From positions 1,428,805 to 1,492,804 of the forward strand of contig MU059256.1 of assembly GCA_013265495.1 (NCBI GenBank): a stretch of 64,000 nucleotides of DNA, in the 5' to 3' direction. Shown here one piece after another: positions 48,570 through 60,000 of the stretch (position 1 is its first letter; every line of letters starts with the position of its first letter). Under the pieces are notes generated by a model. That model did not search any database. It had not been told where the DNA came from and worked only from the letters and a program-made list of their open reading frames with translations. The position numbers were made by a program, and so were the translations under genes. The stretch comes from Vicugna vicugna. Lineage: Eukaryota.

Positions 48570-49017
48570 TCTTATGGACTGAATATTTATGCCCCCCACC
48601 CCAAAGTTTATATATTATAGCCCTAACAATACCAATAACCACACAAATAACCAGTAACAATACCAACCTAAGAAATGCCAATTTGATGGTATTTGGAGAT
48701 GGGGCCTTTGCCAGGTAATGCAGGTTAGATGAGGTCATGAGGGTGGGGTTCTCATGAGGGGATTCGTGCCCTTCTGTGAAGAGACACAGGAGAGCCCACT
48801 CCCTCTCCACGTGCATGCACTGATGAGAGGCCACGTGAGGACACAGAAAGAAGGTGGCCAGCACCTGCAAGCATGAAGAGAGCCCCACCAGGAAACGAAT
48901 CTGCTGGGACCCTGGTCTTGGACTTGCCAGACTCCAGAACCGTGAGAATAAATTTTAATCATTTAAGTCACCAAGTCTATGGTATTTTGTCATGGCAGCC
49001 CATGGCGACTGAGACAC
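48570..49017 (+). mobile_element. MaLR solo LTR (MLT1A0-like)
   Basis: TATGGACTGAAT...GGTATTTGGAGATGGGGCCTTTG...CTCCAGAACCGTGAGAATAAA...GACTGAGACA. Confidence 0.85.
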
Positions 49018-50999
49018 CCATGTTTACAGTGTGTTTTTCAACAAGTCACTGTGCTTCTCCAGGCCTCAGTTTCCCTATTTGTCAAATGAGAGTTCTGCAC
49101 CAAAAAGACCTCTGCAGCTACTTCCAGCTCTGAGATGGGATGTGACTACTAGCCAGCGAGGAAAGTGCCTGAAACCCAAAGCAGCTTCCCAGACTGTCTC
49201 TGGCCACTTGCTAAGGGAGGCTGATGGCAGGTGGTCCCCAAAGCCCGGGTGGCCACCCCAAAAGAGGGAGAGGGGGGAGGGAGAGGCATTAGCATCTCCC
49301 CAGTGTGCACCCAGAGGCTTGGAGGGCCCAGATGGGAAGCAAAGGAGCAAAGTCTCTGACGTGTGCAAAGCCGTAGATCACCTTCCATAGTGGCAGCCCC
49401 TGCTCTCCTGTTACCGTGGCAACTTTTCTTTGGATTCTTCTCATTTCCCAACACTCAGCTCCAGGAGCAGGGCCCAACTGACCTACAAGTGGAGACCAGA
49501 CAGACCTGGGGCAGGGGCAGGCAGGGGGGCCATGGGCACAGCTGGTTTGTGGCAAAGGCCTCATATCTTGGGACGCAGGGCTGGAATTTGGACCTGGGTG
49601 TGCCCTGCCACTGCCATCCTTGCTCTGCAAACACTCCCTCCCACGGCACAGCTTGGAAAGGGGCAGGAGGCAGAGAGGAGGGTATTTTACATTGTAAGTC
49701 ATCCTGGTTTTCCTTCTAGCCCTCATTTGTAGCAGCCAGTGGAAAGGTCACTACCTTTGACTCCACAATAAAGTCCTGGGTGACTCTGAGCAGGTCACTT
49801 AATCTCTTAGGCAGTGCTTCCCTAAACTGTAAGATGAGTGTTACAACTCAGGAGCCTGGAGCAGGCTCTCTCCTGTTCCTTCCCTCGTCTGAGGCTCTGT
49901 GGGTAAGCCCCTACAGATATCTGAAAGGTCTCTGCTTGGGAAATGACAAAGTCTCTTGAAATGTAAAGGTTTACCCGTGATCTTTTCTTTTCTTCTCCCT
50001 CCATCATTATCGGTGCATTTAAGAGCTGATTTTCTGGGCACTTCCTCCTTTATAGGGAAAAATGCTTTAGGGACCAATCTGTTAGGCAACTGCCCATTTT
50101 AAATCAAGAGGAAATGGAAGCAAAGCATCTCTGAAATTATCGAAGTCATTAGGGGAATAGGATTTTTCTTGTCAGACTTCAATTTGCACACAGGTACAGT
50201 TTTAGGAAGACATCTATTTGGGTAAGGTAGGCAGTTCCAACACTGATATGTCACTCCCTTGGGAGAGCATCAAGCCATGTCCTCCCTCCCTGAATCCCTC
50301 CCTCCCTTCCTCAGTTTATTCGGTAGATGCTCAGACAAGGCCAACTCTGGTGGCTGTTTTTCAAATGCTCTGTGTCAGACACCTTGCTGGATGCTAGGGA
50401 TGAAGTGAGAACAGGCAAGGTCCCTGTCCTGGAGGAGCACAAGACCCAGTGAAGACAGACACAGGAACAGGACTCATCCATCTGCCATCTTTACAGCCCT
50501 CCAACAAAGTGTTATCACTGCCATTTCAGAGGGAAGAACTGACACTCCCAAGATGAAGTGCTTTCTTACCTGCCAGGTCTGTCCTGGATCTGATTTGACT
50601 TCCTGGTCTTACCTCTCCAGGCCATGTTCCCCCACATTGCCCCATGCTGGCCCCTCAGCCCTGCCCCCTGGTGTCTGACCATCTAGACACCCTTCTAGAT
50701 CCTGCCCCAATTTCCTCTCTACCTGCCCTCATGACCATGTCACAACCTGTTTGCCCATCCCTAGTCCCCATCTGCATTATTTTTACCCACAGGTCCTAGA
50801 CCACTAGAGCATTTGCAGATAGGCTATGGGGGAGCTTAAAAATCCCTACAATTTCATGCAGAACTTTGGTTGAATGGGAACATGTGTGTTTTGAGAGGAG
50901 AGAGATACAGCATATGTCTTCATGCCCCTTCTATGGTCCAGAAGCTGTTTCAAACATCTTATTTTGTGAGTCACAGATTGCAGAGACACCGGGGTGATG

Positions 51000-51180
51000 G
51001 AAAGGGCCCTGGACTTGAAGACTGGAGACCTGGCATCTGGACTAGATTCTGCTACTCAACGTCAGTGTGCCCTTGGCTGAGACTCTTTGAACCTCAGTTA
51101 TTTTACCTGGAAAATGGGAGCCTCATCCTGGACCTGCTTCTACAATTGTTGCCACAAGGCTCAGAGATGATGCTGAGTAT
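51000..51180 (+). mobile_element. MIR SINE
   Basis: TTGAACCTCAGTTATTTTACCTGGAAAATGGG. Confidence 0.65.
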
Positions 51181-52454
51181 GATCACAGACAGGGCAGTTA
51201 CCACCAGCAGAAGTCTTACTGACAGATTCCAGCATCTAAGAACCAGACTTCTGAAGCTATTATTAACATCTCCCACCTCTGTGTGCCAGCAGAGCTGACC
51301 TGAGGTTACAGATGCAGAAAGCTAGTTGCTTATGACTCTCCAACCTGTCAGCCTCAGGGCCACTTGATACGGGTCACTGCCCTCACCCTGCCCCCGATGG
51401 TTCTCAGCATTCTCGGCTTTCCCCCCAAGACCTTTGGGCTGTGCGCTTCTCCGTTTCTCCCTCCCTCTGTCTCTCTCCACCACCCTCACCACCTCCCACA
51501 AGGGCTTCCATTTGCTCTCTCAGCCCAGTTCCCATCACACTGTGCTTCATCTCAGTGTGGATACAGCACATCCCCACCTCTCCTTGTGTATTCCATTTAT
51601 CCTCCATTCTGGGCTGGAGCCCCCTTCCCTACACATGCCTCCCAGCCCTTTGCAGGTTTGTGCAATGGTTGGTGGGCATGAGATCATAGCCACCCCACCT
51701 GAGCCTGTGGGGCTGAAGACAAACAAGTGTCCCCGGTGTCCTTGTGCGGGCAGAGACTCAAGGTGAGAGATGGGAAAGTGCCCTGAAACCAACAGGGGAG
51801 TCTGCACACCGCAGGGCTGTGGTTCTGCTGGGCTCGGGGCCGTGTGGAGACTAAGGACAATGTCTGTAGCTGAGAGGAGTGAGCCAAGCTGAGCTGATTG
51901 AAAGCGAGGGACTTCCTCTTTCCTTCCATCCGCAGGACACAGGTTCTGCTTAGGGTTCTGTCTGGCCACAGGTGATAAATCTATTTACGCTCAAGAACAA
52001 GAAGCAGCCATAGATCTTCCAGATGAGAGGCAGTTTCCTTTCATTTCAACCGCACGAAATGGGGCCCAACCAATGAGCCGGTTCGAGAAAGAGATCAAGA
52101 CGGAATTGTAAAATGGCCGAGGCTAAAAGCTCCGTTTAAAAACATCTGAAAAATAAAAAAAAAAAAAAAGCCCTAAGTGTGGAGTACCTCCTTGTGCTTT
52201 GCAAAGAGAAACTGCCTGTTAGGAGATTGGGGGTGGAAAGCATACAAGGAAAGAGAGTAGGGCCTTTTGTCTGGGGGGTGGCAGGGTGGGCTACAAGACA
52301 GGCAAAGGGTGTGCTGGGAAAAGCTGGAGCTCTTTCGGGGAGACACTTGTGTATTGTCATTCATTCCACAGACATTTATTGAGCATCTGCTGTGGGCAAA
52401 GTAAGCACTGGCTTGCCCAAACGAGACAGGTCCCGTTTCAGCACTGTTCCCCAC

Positions 52455-52752
52455 GGCGTTGCTTGCAAACATTCAGTCACTCAAATTCTACCTTCCTGAT
52501 TGCTGCCATTCCTGCAGGCTGCTTGTTCTATTATTTGTTCAGCTATTTAATTTAAATTGACTTACTTTTTAAGTGCAAATACCAACCTGAGTCTTATTTC
52601 TGAAATCACACATTTGAAGTGTGGGCTGTGTTTTCTCTAGTATATATTAAAATAAATACATAATCATAGACCCCTGCTTGTCTGAATTAACACTTTCTAA
52701 AAGTGTCTTGTGTACTATCCATGACGAACATACCGCACATCAGGAAATGTCG
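52455..52752. mobile_element. hAT-Charlie MITE (Charlie4a-like)
   Basis: CAAACATTCAGTCACTC...TTTAAATTGACTTACTTTTT resembles the recalled consensus. Confidence 0.5.
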
Positions 52753-52769
52753 CTAGATGGGGGGAAGTG

Positions 52770-53170
52770 TCCGTTAGGAATGAGTTTGTCATCTTATAAG
52801 GGAAAATCCCAAATAACTGGCTTAAGCAAGATAGGAAGTTATTTTTACCTAACATAAAAGAAGTCTGATGACAGGCCATCCAAAGACTATTGTGATTCCT
52901 CCAGGGTTATTTAAGTCCCAGATTCCTGTTTTTTAGCAATGCTATCAAAGAATGTGCTTCCACTGTCAAAGTCACTCCATGGCCCAAGATGGCTGCTGCA
53001 GCATCATGCATCACATCTGTATTCTGGGAGGTGGCAGGAAGGGAAAGGACGGCAAAAAGATGCCCCTCGCCCTTAAGTCAGCTTCTCTTTGAGAAGCTTT
53101 TCTACAAATACCCCCGATGATTTTTCCTATATCTTTTTGGCTAGAACTTTGTCAGATGGCTGGCTGTACC
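52770..53170 (-). mobile_element. MaLR solo LTR (MLT1J/K-like)
   Basis: AACTGGCTTAAGCAAGATAGGAAG...CCAAGATGGCTGCTGCAGC...TTGGCTAGAACT. Confidence 0.75.
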
Positions 53171-54179
53171 TCAAGCTTCAGGGACACGGTATTTGGTGCA
53201 TAGGTGAGAGTGAAGTTCTGGGTACCTCTTGAGCCCTGAGCCTCCTTACTTGGTCACTACCGCTTATCTGAACATCTGCCTTGGTTCTGGTCTTGACTTT
53301 TTAGCGACCTCCACAGGAACTAGGGCTTGGTCCCGAGCCCCTAGATCAGGTAAGTGGTGGTAGCATGACCCTGCTGCCGTGCTCTCATCTGACTTTCTTC
53401 TAAAATGGGATCCTGATTCAGGAACCCTTTTCCTTGACTTGGATGCACCTCTCTGACCTACAATCTGGACCCTATCTGATACTGAGAATCGGTGCTACCT
53501 AGAAACCCCTTCCAACCTCTTACCTACACTCCAGTCCCAGACTCGACCCCTCAGACGTTCATTTCCACTCAGATCATGTTAGAGTTAGCTTTGCCCCCTT
53601 TCCCTGCCCTCGGCATCGAGTGAACTCTATTCACTCTGCTCTGGCTGGCCCACCTGTTCCCCTCTTGCCACTGAGTTTGCCCGGTGCTCAAATATAGGAC
53701 CAGGCTGGTCCGATATATCCTGATCACATCTCTTCCCAGTGTGGCCTCCAGGTGGCCCAGGCTTCCTTCCTCTTCCACTGTTGCTGTCAGATGTTTTCCT
53801 GGGAGGCACTTTTGCCTCTGCTCCTGGTTCCTGTTGTTCCATGTTGGAAAAGAAAATGCGGAGTTCTCTGACTCTGTCTGCACGTGCTTCCAGCTCCATC
53901 TCTGTTGTTTTCTATGCCTATATGATGAAGAATCTTCAACAGGTACACTTGTCTCCAAGTACGAACCTTTTCTGTTAACCACAAAATCCCTGAGCAATAA
54001 TAGGTAGCATTGTTGTACAGTAATTAGAGATTAGTTAATATTTAGCCTTCATTTAGTAATGAGCTTCATTGTAATGGGGAAAAAACATAATTGCTGAGCT
54101 TACACATTATTCACCTATCATGTTCTCTTTTGGATCCCAATAGCCAGCACTTTAGAAGCATCCAGTAAGTGTTTACTGA

Positions 54180-54432
54180 AAGAATGAATAAATAAAAATG
54201 AATGAGCGAATGATGATAGTTGATCTCGTCGGTTCATGCCCCAAGGGACTCTGAGTCTGTAGGTCATGATGTCATAGGTACACGCTCCCGTTCATTGGGA
54301 GACGCTAAGAATGAATAAATAAAAATGAATGAGCGAATGATGATAGTTGATCTCGTCGGTTCATGCCCCAAGGGACTCTGAGTCTGTAGGTCATGATGTC
54401 ATAGGTACACGCTCCCGTTCATTGGGAGACGC
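54180..54432 (+). repeat. Perfect tandem duplication, period 127 bp
   Basis: 54180-54305 is identical to 54307-54432. Confidence 0.95.
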
Positions 54433-54461
54433 CTTCTAAAGCAGAGTTTTAGGATCCAGAA

Positions 54462-54742
54462 CAAGGGGTCAGCACACTTCTCCTGTAGAAGTCCGGATAG
54501 TAAATATTTTAGACTCTGCCGGCCATATGGTGTCTGTTGCAACCACTCAAGCTGCCGTTGGAGCAGAAAAACAGCCAAAACACCGTGTAAACAAATGGAC
54601 GTGGCTGCGCGCCAATAAAACTTCACATGTTGCAAAATATTCTATTCTTCTTCTTTCGTTAAACCCCATTCTTAGCTCACAGGCTGTGTAACAGCAGGTG
54701 GCAGCCCACACTTGGCCACAGGTCATAGTTTGCCAACCCCAA
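54462..54742. mobile_element. MER58 (MER58B-like) hAT MITE
   Basis: GGGGTCAGCACACTT...GATAGTAAATATTTTAG...CCAATAAAACTT...ATAGTTTGCCAACCCC. Confidence 0.85.
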
Positions 54743-54751
54743 ATCCAGACT

Positions 54752-54915
54752 GCAGTTGTCAAACCCTATTGTGCATAAGACCTACCTGGGATCCTTTTTA
54801 GAATACCGATTGCCAAACTCCACAGCCAAGAATCCATTTCATCAGGGAAGGGGTGAGGCTTAGAAACCGACGTTTTTTAGAAATCCAGTGATGCTGGGGC
54901 CAGCAGTCCTAAGAG
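54752..54915. mobile_element. MER5-family MITE
   Basis: GTTGTCAAACC...ACCTGGG...TTTAGAATACCGATTGCC. Confidence 0.5.
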
Positions 54916-55399
54916 CAGACTATGAGAAAACCAACCACATTCATTAGGGCAAGTGAAGCAGCCAAAACCAATGGACCCCTCCGACCCTCAATGGCTGTGG
55001 CTTGATACAACCAAAGTGCATTACACAGAGTTCCTGGGTTGTTATTCAACTCATGGGGGACCCTCCAACATATCCATATTCAGGGCCCAGGTTCTCATGA
55101 GCTCCAAAGTCATCTTGGAGATTGACATCCACGAGCAGGGGACAGAATGAATGTTGGGAGCAGAGCATGTGGGAGGTTTACGGGGAGCGGGCCTGGAAGA
55201 GGCGCACATCACCCCTGCTCCTTTTCACTGGAAAGCAGGTGGTGAACGGCCTTCCCCAACAAGAAGGAGGCTAAGAGAGGTGGTCTAGCTGGAGGCCTGG
55301 GAAGAAGCAGTTTTGATGCCTAGGTAGTGGTTCCCTGCCCTGACTCACCCACCCCCTGCCCCCAAGCTAAAGAGAATAACTAACGACTACAGGTCTAAT

Positions 55400-55550
55400 T
55401 GTGCAAACGTAAGCCTGGGCAACAAGATTTTAGACCCAGCTCTACTATTTCCAAGTCATGGGAACTTGGGTCTCAGCCTCCTAATCTGAAAAATGGGAAT
55501 AACCATCCCCTCCCCCTCCATCATTTACTAAAGTGTGAAGCACATGTGAG
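55400..55550 (+). mobile_element. MIR fragment
   Basis: CAGCTCTACTATTTCCAAGTCATGGGAACTTGGG...AAAATGGGAATAA. Confidence 0.6.
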
Positions 55551-55627
55551 GAATGAGGAGTTCAGCTCTGATTGTGAGGACTGGTAGAGGGTCTTCCTAG
55601 GGAAGCTGGGGATTGGGTGCCTCTGTT

Positions 55628-55826
55628 CGCTCTAGAGAGTGGTCCTCCAAGTGCGGTCCCCAGATTCGCAGCAACAGCATCACCCGGGAACTTGTTAGAA
55701 ATGCAGATTCTCAGGCCCCACCCAAACCCAACTCAATAGAAACTCTGGGGGGGGTGGACCCAGCGATCTGTGTTTTAACAAGCCCTCCTGGTGGTCCTGA
55801 GGCCCGCTTAGGTTGGAGAACCACTG
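55628..55826. mobile_element. MER5A hAT MITE
   Basis: CAGCATCACCCGGGAACTTGTTAGAAATGCAGATTCTCAGGCCCCACCC...GAGAACCACTG. Confidence 0.9.
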
Positions 55827-56689
55827 CTCCAGCCTCTCCCTGACCCCCATGCTGCTCCCTACCAGAAGACGAAGGGAAGAAAGGCCCTCTTTCCTTCTCA
55901 CAGAGGCTGGGATCCCTAGAGAATCCTTGCTCTGTGACAGGCTTCCTGCAGCAGCAGCAGCAATGAGCTACAGAGACACGCACACCCAGCATCCTCCTGG
56001 AGCCCCGGGCTGCATCAAGCCCTCTTATTGCAGTGGCTGAAGAATAGCTCATTTTCCAAAGACCTAATTACATAATGAGGCCTTCATGCCTGTCGAGCTT
56101 CTTCCAAATTGTGCAGCCAGGTGCTGTCTCCAAGCTCAATGGGTTAGGGGCCTCATTTGAATACTGTTAAGACAAGAGGTTAGCACGCTCTGTGGCCAAA
56201 ACCACTGTCTGCAGAGGTGGCTTTTGGAGCTCCCCTCCTGCCCCAACTGAGCAGCACACAGCAGATGATAATTGTCCTGGAGACCAGCCAGGAGCCTAGG
56301 AATGCACACTGCGGCCACATTATCTGGGATGCACTGGGGATGCGCCGGCACTTGTGGTCCCCATGTCTGCCCAGCATGTGTGTTTTTCCTCCTCCACAGC
56401 CTCGGAAGCCAGAGGTAGTACAGGGATGGGAGAAGCCTGGACCAAAATTCTGAAGTCTAGGCTGGCCACTGACCAGCCAGGCAAGCTTTCTTGTGCTGCT
56501 GAACTTTCTCGAGCCTTTTCTGAAAGGATGAAATGATGCCTCACAGGGCTGTCCTGAAGATGCAGTAGAAATGAATTTATCAAAGTGCTTGGCTCAGCAC
56601 CTCCTGTCAGCAGGCTGGTGCTCACACAGGTTCCAGCCTCATCACTCACCTCCGCCCCCACCCTTCACTCCTCTTGTGATGAATCAGAG

Positions 56690-57085
56690 AATGACCTGGA
56701 ATTCTCTTAACCTTTACGCCTGTTGTTTCTCTATTGGAAATACTCTTTACACGTATTCCCCACTCCTGTTAACTCCTGCTTGTCTGTCAGGTCACTTATT
56801 AGAAGCCACTTCCTCCAGGAAGACTTCCCTGACCACCACTCCTGACCCCAGCCTAGATTAGTTTCCCTTTCTCTTGCAATTCCATTGCCCTTGGTTTCTC
56901 CTAGCCCAGCACTGTTCCAATTGCACCATCCCATGTCCCTCTGTGCTGTCAGGTCTTAGCACTCAGGAAACGAGCCTGCCTTATTCACAATTGGAGCCCC
57001 ACACCCGGTAATCAGTAGGTGTACGAGAAGTGCTGAATGAATAAGTGACCAGTAGGAGTGCAGTAAATGTTGAATGAATGAATAA
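56690..57085 (+). mobile_element. L2 3' region
   Basis: CCTCCAGGAAGACTTCCCTGACC...TAAATGTTGAATGAATGAAT. Confidence 0.7.
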
Positions 57086-57689
57086 ATTAATCTTACCAAG
57101 GCTCAGGCAGTGATCAGGATAAATTCAATCCAATTCAGCAAACACTTAAGAAACTTCTATTTATCAAGAGCTCTTATGGGAGCAGAGGAATCTAAGATAG
57201 ATAACATATGGTCCCAAAAAGCCAAATAACTTACAATCTTAAACGCTGTGCACCTGAGAAATGCAAGGCATGTCCTGGGAGGAAGAAGCTCTTCCTCCAA
57301 CTCAGGCCCCAAACAAATCCTGCCCCAGGGAATTGCTTTGGACAACATGCAGTGGAGCCCTAGGCACTAGCTTGCTGTTTTCTGCTCAGATGGGCTCTGA
57401 GCCCAGACCGCTCCCCCAGTTCTGCTTCTCAAACATGTGTACATGGGCTCTGATGCTTTTTGTTGTATCTGCCACCAGTTGAAACTGGATCTATGCATGC
57501 TCACATATACACACATGTGGGCATGCACACAACATCCTTCCTGCTCCCCGAGATGAAGAAGGGGTAGTCCCTCCCCTAGTCTATTGTGGGCAACACATAC
57601 ATGCTGGAATCCATGCAATGGATGCATCCCAAATGCCTGCTCTAAGGGACACTGAGCTGAGTGCCCATGTGCGGGGAGCAGGGAGGAGA

Positions 57690-58260
57690 GAGAGGTCAAT
57701 GATGAATCAAAAGACATGGTCCTTCCCCAGATAATTATTCCAAGAGGCTGACAAACTGTGGGAAATGCTGAGTGTATAATCAGGGAAGCTGATGTAGTGG
57801 TGTGAGTTAGGGGGAGAAGGAGTGATGGTTGAATGGAGATCCGAAGGATGGGTAGGGGTCCAACCAGCTCACAAGGAAAAGATGAAGACTGCTCCCTGCA
57901 AAGGAACAGCCTGGGCCCAGCCCTTGAGTGGGAAGGAATCCAGAGCACGATGAAGGGCAGCACTGCTACAGGGCAGAGAGTGAGGGGAGACTGATGGGGA
58001 TGGGGATGGAGGGCAGGTGGATGAGGCAGATCCTGTTGAGGGTTTGGGTCTTCATCCCAAGAGCGATGGAAGGCACTAAAGAATTCTAAGCAGAAGGTGA
58101 CTTGGTCAGGTCTGTCTGCACAATTGCAAGTTCATGCAGGCTGCCATGACAACAAGCGTACCAGTTAGGAGGCTATTGCCATGGTCCAGGTAAGAGATGG
58201 GGTGGTCTCCGCTAGGAGACTGATGTGGGGTGGAGATATGGAGATGAATGAATGTAAAGG
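57690..58260 (-). mobile_element. L2 fragment
   Basis: AGGAGGCTATTGCCATGGTCCAGGTAAGAGATGG. Confidence 0.65.
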
Positions 58261-58749
58261 TGCTCATGGACAATCATTGGAAGAGTCTTGAACAGACCCA
58301 TGGTACACACAATAAGTATAACCATGATATATAACCTCAGCTCAGTGTCCCTTAGAGAGACCCTGTACATGGTCAGAGTAAGTAATTAACAGATGAGCTA
58401 AATTGACCAGGTCACTTTATTACAAGACTCAAAATGCTAAGAACCGTCAAAGTGATTCAGAGACCTATGGGACTCCTAGGAAGAGGAGGTCACTCCTGTC
58501 TCACTGGACCTCAAATAATAGCTAATGTATAGACAGGAGAAGGGGTGGAGGTTGGGAAGCGGAAGGTCCCACTGTGGTGATGGACATGTTCAGAGCATGA
58601 CAATGAAAGGATGAATAGGACAGTTGACTTAAGTGCTTTAAGGAAAACAGCCTACAGTGGATGAGTCTGGAATGGAAAGAACCTTAAATGCAAAAATTAG
58701 AAGACTGGGTGTTATTTCACAGATTTAAGGAGCCGTTTAACCACAATAC

Positions 58750-60000
58750 AATTATTGAAACTATATCTGTTTGCCAGTATCATGCCAGGCTCTGGAAATG
58801 CAACGTGAGGACTTTTAAGGAGCTCAGAATCCAGTGGGGAGGCAGACGCGTAAGTGGGAGGCAGATGTGCAAATAAGGAGCAGATGTGTAAGTGGGAGGC
58901 AGATGTGTAAATGCTGTCAGTGCAAGTCTAGAGTGAAGAGTGAGGCTTGACGTGGACCTTGAGGAATAAGAATGAGTTCACCAGTCAGAGCCCAGGAAAG
59001 AGAAGATAAGGTGCAGGTGAGGAAAAGAGTAGGTGAGAGAGAAAGAGAGAGAAATTCCAACAGCTGGAAGAGAAAGTGCACAGCATGGAGGCATGTGCAC
59101 ACCTGGTGAGTGTGGGGAAGCACTGAGCATTGAGGTATAGCTTGAATTAGAAGCCTATGGGGAGGTGTTGGGGCCAGAGAGGGCAGCAGGCAGGAATCGG
59201 TCATGGGGGCATCACAGGGTTTCTTCCAGTCTTGGAAAGTTCCCCCTGGGAAACCATTGGAAGGATGGTTTGGAGAAGAGAAGAGAACCCAGAGGCAAGG
59301 CTCTATTGCAGGGTTTTGAGCAATGGAGGACAGCATTTGAACTAGGACAGACAGAGCCAGATTTGTCTTATGAGATCATCTCCTCTAAATCTTCTGATTT
59401 TTACAGAAGCAGGAAGGGTACCGTTCATCATCCAAGGCTTTGCTATTTGTGAGTGGAAGATGGGGGAAGCTGGCGGCAGTGGGTAGAGGAGATTAGAGAG
59501 CATGTGGAAGAGTCCAGGCAAGTGGTAAGAAAGGTGATGCGCAAGGAGCACAGCGGGACAGATACCAAGGCATCTCAGGCTCTGGTCCAGCACGTATTGG
59601 ATAGACAGTGATAGAGGGGGCTGATTTGACATCTCCAGGATTTCTGGCCTCTTGGTCCTGAGAAGAGGATGGGGACTAATCATCACGATGGGCAACCTAG
59701 GAAAAAATAGTGGGTTGCAGGTGAGATTATGTGTTCGATTCTTGGCATCCCCATTATCAGGTATCTGCAAGATGTCCACTTGGAGGTAAAGTCAGAGATT
59801 CCGATGGATAAGGCTGAATATTTCAGCTACAGGCAGAGACTAAGGGGCCATTCTTGGAGGGACAGCAGTGGAAGCCATGGGAGCCGTGGGAGTAGAAGAG
59901 CCAACCCAGGGAGTAGAAAGACAAGAGATGAGAGCATAAGAAAAAACCTGGAGGAGAAGACCATTCAGGAGGCTCAGGAGAAGGCATCAGAAAGGCACTG
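58750..60000 (-). mobile_element. L2 fragments with an interposed MIR piece (~59360-59440)
   Basis: CATGCCAGGCTCTGG...AAGGAGCTCAGAATCCAGTGGGG; GATGTCCACTTGGAGG. Confidence 0.55.
58834..58912. repeat. ~19-bp minisatellite, 4 degenerate units
   Basis: GTGGGAGGCAGATGTGTAA-type units. Confidence 0.85.

Noticed and set aside
54180-54432. Possible CRISPR-like or other repeat-spacer array
   Set aside because: Only two abutting identical copies with no unique spacers, in eukaryotic DNA.
57367-57963. Longest ORF in the window (198 aa, minus)
   Set aside because: Largely antisense L2-derived sequence with no domain similarity.
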